NCBI GenBank assembly: GCA_002269645.1
Contig: NIVC01001178.1
Span: forward strand, 124,001 to 188,000
Source of the DNA: Macrostomum lignano
Taxonomy: Eukaryota
DNA: 64,000 nucleotides
Direction of reading: 5' to 3'
Positions 62,601 through 64,000 of the stretch are shown here, piece after piece; the first letter of the stretch is position 1, and every line of letters starts with the position of its first letter. The notes beneath the pieces were generated by a model. It ran no database searches and was not told the origin of the DNA. It worked only from the letters and a program-made list of their open reading frames with translations. The position numbers and the translations under genes are program-made.

Positions 62601-63108
62601 GCTGGGCCAGTCAGTTACTCTCCATCACACCCCACCCCGCAGCATCAACGGCATGATCGACCCTTCGCCGCCTCTGGTCCAAGGCACCAAGCGCTACTTC
62701 GCTCCTGAGATCCTGGACTCGAGCCTGGACACCCGCTGCTTCGAGTCTCTGACCCAGGCTGACATGTACGCCTTTGCGCTGGTGGTGTGGGAGACTCTGC
62801 TGCGCTGCCGTCTCCCAGACTCCGATCCCGTGCCCTATCGGCTGCCATTCAGTGAGCACGCTCCCAACGACCCGTCTGTCGAGCTGATGCAATCTCTAGT
62901 CTGCGAACAGGCACTCAGGCCGACCGTATGCCAGCACTGGCTGACGAGTTCCTACTCATCAGCTGTTGTTGAAATGATGACCGAATGCTGGCAGCACAGG
63001 GCCAGCGCTCGGCTGACCTCCCTTCGGGTGAAGAAATGCCTTCGGGATTTGGACGAGTCGTTTCGTCGAAGTGATGTACAAGGAGCTGAGGCTGATTGCA
63101 ATTGTTAG
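59646..63108 (+). CDS. BMPR1: TGF-beta superfamily type I receptor, BMPR1/ALK3-6/thickveins-like (608 aa)
   Basis: Exons 59646-60536, 61229-61698, 62643-63108; GT-AG, 1827 nt, in frame. Signal peptide, Cys-rich ectodomain with CCNSSNLCN box, TM helix, GS box [19 protein letters not shown], kinase motifs GRGRFG, HRDIKS, DLG, GTKRY. L45 loop [13 protein letters not shown] is closest to ALK3/6 AADIKGTGSWTQL. Confidence 0.92.
60560..60960. repeat. Degenerate CT-rich tandem repeat in receptor intron 1
   Basis: Recurring TCTGATCTCTAATCTCCCC...TTCTGTAATCTCACCC units. Confidence 0.8.
61738..62612. repeat. 28-bp minisatellite in receptor intron 2 (~30 copies)
   Basis: GATCCTCAGTTGCTGGGCCAGCCTCCCA; accounts for the long spurious ORFs in all three + frames. 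Confidence 0.97.
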
Positions 63109-63199
63109 GTTTTAATCAGCTTTAATAGTTATCATTCGACTGGGTGCTAGATGGATATAGATCATAATACACCGCTGTTTAGGTCATTGTATTCTTCAA

Positions 63200-63600
63200 T
63201 TCTAAAATCCCAACATCCCAAATCCCCATTTTTGAATCTCAAATCCCCATTCTCAAAATCCCAGATCCTCATTATCAATATCAAAGAACCCCATTATCGA
63301 AGTCCCAGATCCCATCCTTCGAATCCCAGATCCCCATTATCAATATCAAAGATCCCCATTATTAAAATCCCCAGATCTCAAAACTCCAGATCAACGTTAT
63401 CAAAATCCCAGATCCTCATTATCAAAATCCCAGATCCTCATTATCAAAATCCCAGATCTCCACTCTCAAAATCCCAGATCCTCATTATCAAAATCCCAGA
63501 TCCTCATTATCAAAATCCCAGATCTCCACTCTCAAAATCTCAGATCCACATCCTCAAAATCCCAGATCCCCATCCTCAAAGTCCCAGATCCCAATTCTAT
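63200..63600. repeat. ~22-bp minisatellite downstream of the receptor gene
   Basis: ATCAAAATCCCAGATCCTCATT and variants. Confidence 0.9.
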
Positions 63601-64000
63601 TCTAGTCTAATCCCCTAAACGATCTCAAGTCCTAAACACCATGGTTGCCTTTGTAGTAAAAGTGCATATTTTGTTATGTATTAATAATTGTTTTATTAAC
63701 TGTAGTAAGAATTGCACAGCGCACTTGCCTTGCTCCGATTACAAAGTTAATCTTAGTTTTCCAGCTGTGCCCTTTTTCAATTATTTATGTTTAATTTCTT
63801 CAAATATACATCTTTCAACTTCACAATGACTGTAGACTAAATTACGAAAAAATATATAATTCTTTTATTCTACTTCAAGTAGCTAAAATGTTTATTTTAT
63901 GCCAACTTGTTATTACTGCTTGATTTTTACTACTAATGTTCAGGTTCATTAGTAGAATAGCTGGGTTTTTTCTCTGTAAAGTATAGTAGTATCTGATTGT

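Noticed and set aside
61650-62708. Long ORFs in three frames (189, 254, 110 aa, and the 5' half of the 319-aa ORF)
   Set aside because: Artefacts of a stop-free 28-bp minisatellite inside a GT-AG intron; the kinase splices cleanly from 61698 to 62643.

Overview
Eukaryotic (metazoan) genomic DNA, AT-rich and dense in transposable elements. Only two intact host genes are present, both at the right end: a 5-exon ES1/GATD3 gene (54.7-58.6 kb) and a 3-exon BMP type I receptor (59.6-63.1 kb); three of their introns are swollen by regular minisatellites. The main feature of the left third is a decayed endogenous Polinton/adintovirus-like element (about 4.6-19.0 kb). It carries integrase, major capsid (hexon-like), penton, parvovirus-type PLA2 and a GasderminX-like ORF, and is bounded by inverted TGAGGG modules and an AGTAGT...ACTACT hairpin. 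No pPolB is recognisable. Inside it I see an unnamed family of at least three paralogous genes (two share an intron donor position, one is intronless), a duplicated 27-aa CxxC-x12-H repeat gene, and three ~121-bp units with a conserved G.U-tolerant stem. The rest is TE debris: an LTR gag fragment with a cold-shock domain between the zinc knuckle and the start of the protease, an intron-containing P-element transposase, CMC/EnSpm and DUF4806-like remnants, BEL/Pao, a LOA/R1-like LINE, RTE fragments, piggyBac, and several hAT and MULE non-autonomous elements with readable target-site duplications. All family assignments are by-eye motif recognition; no database search was run.
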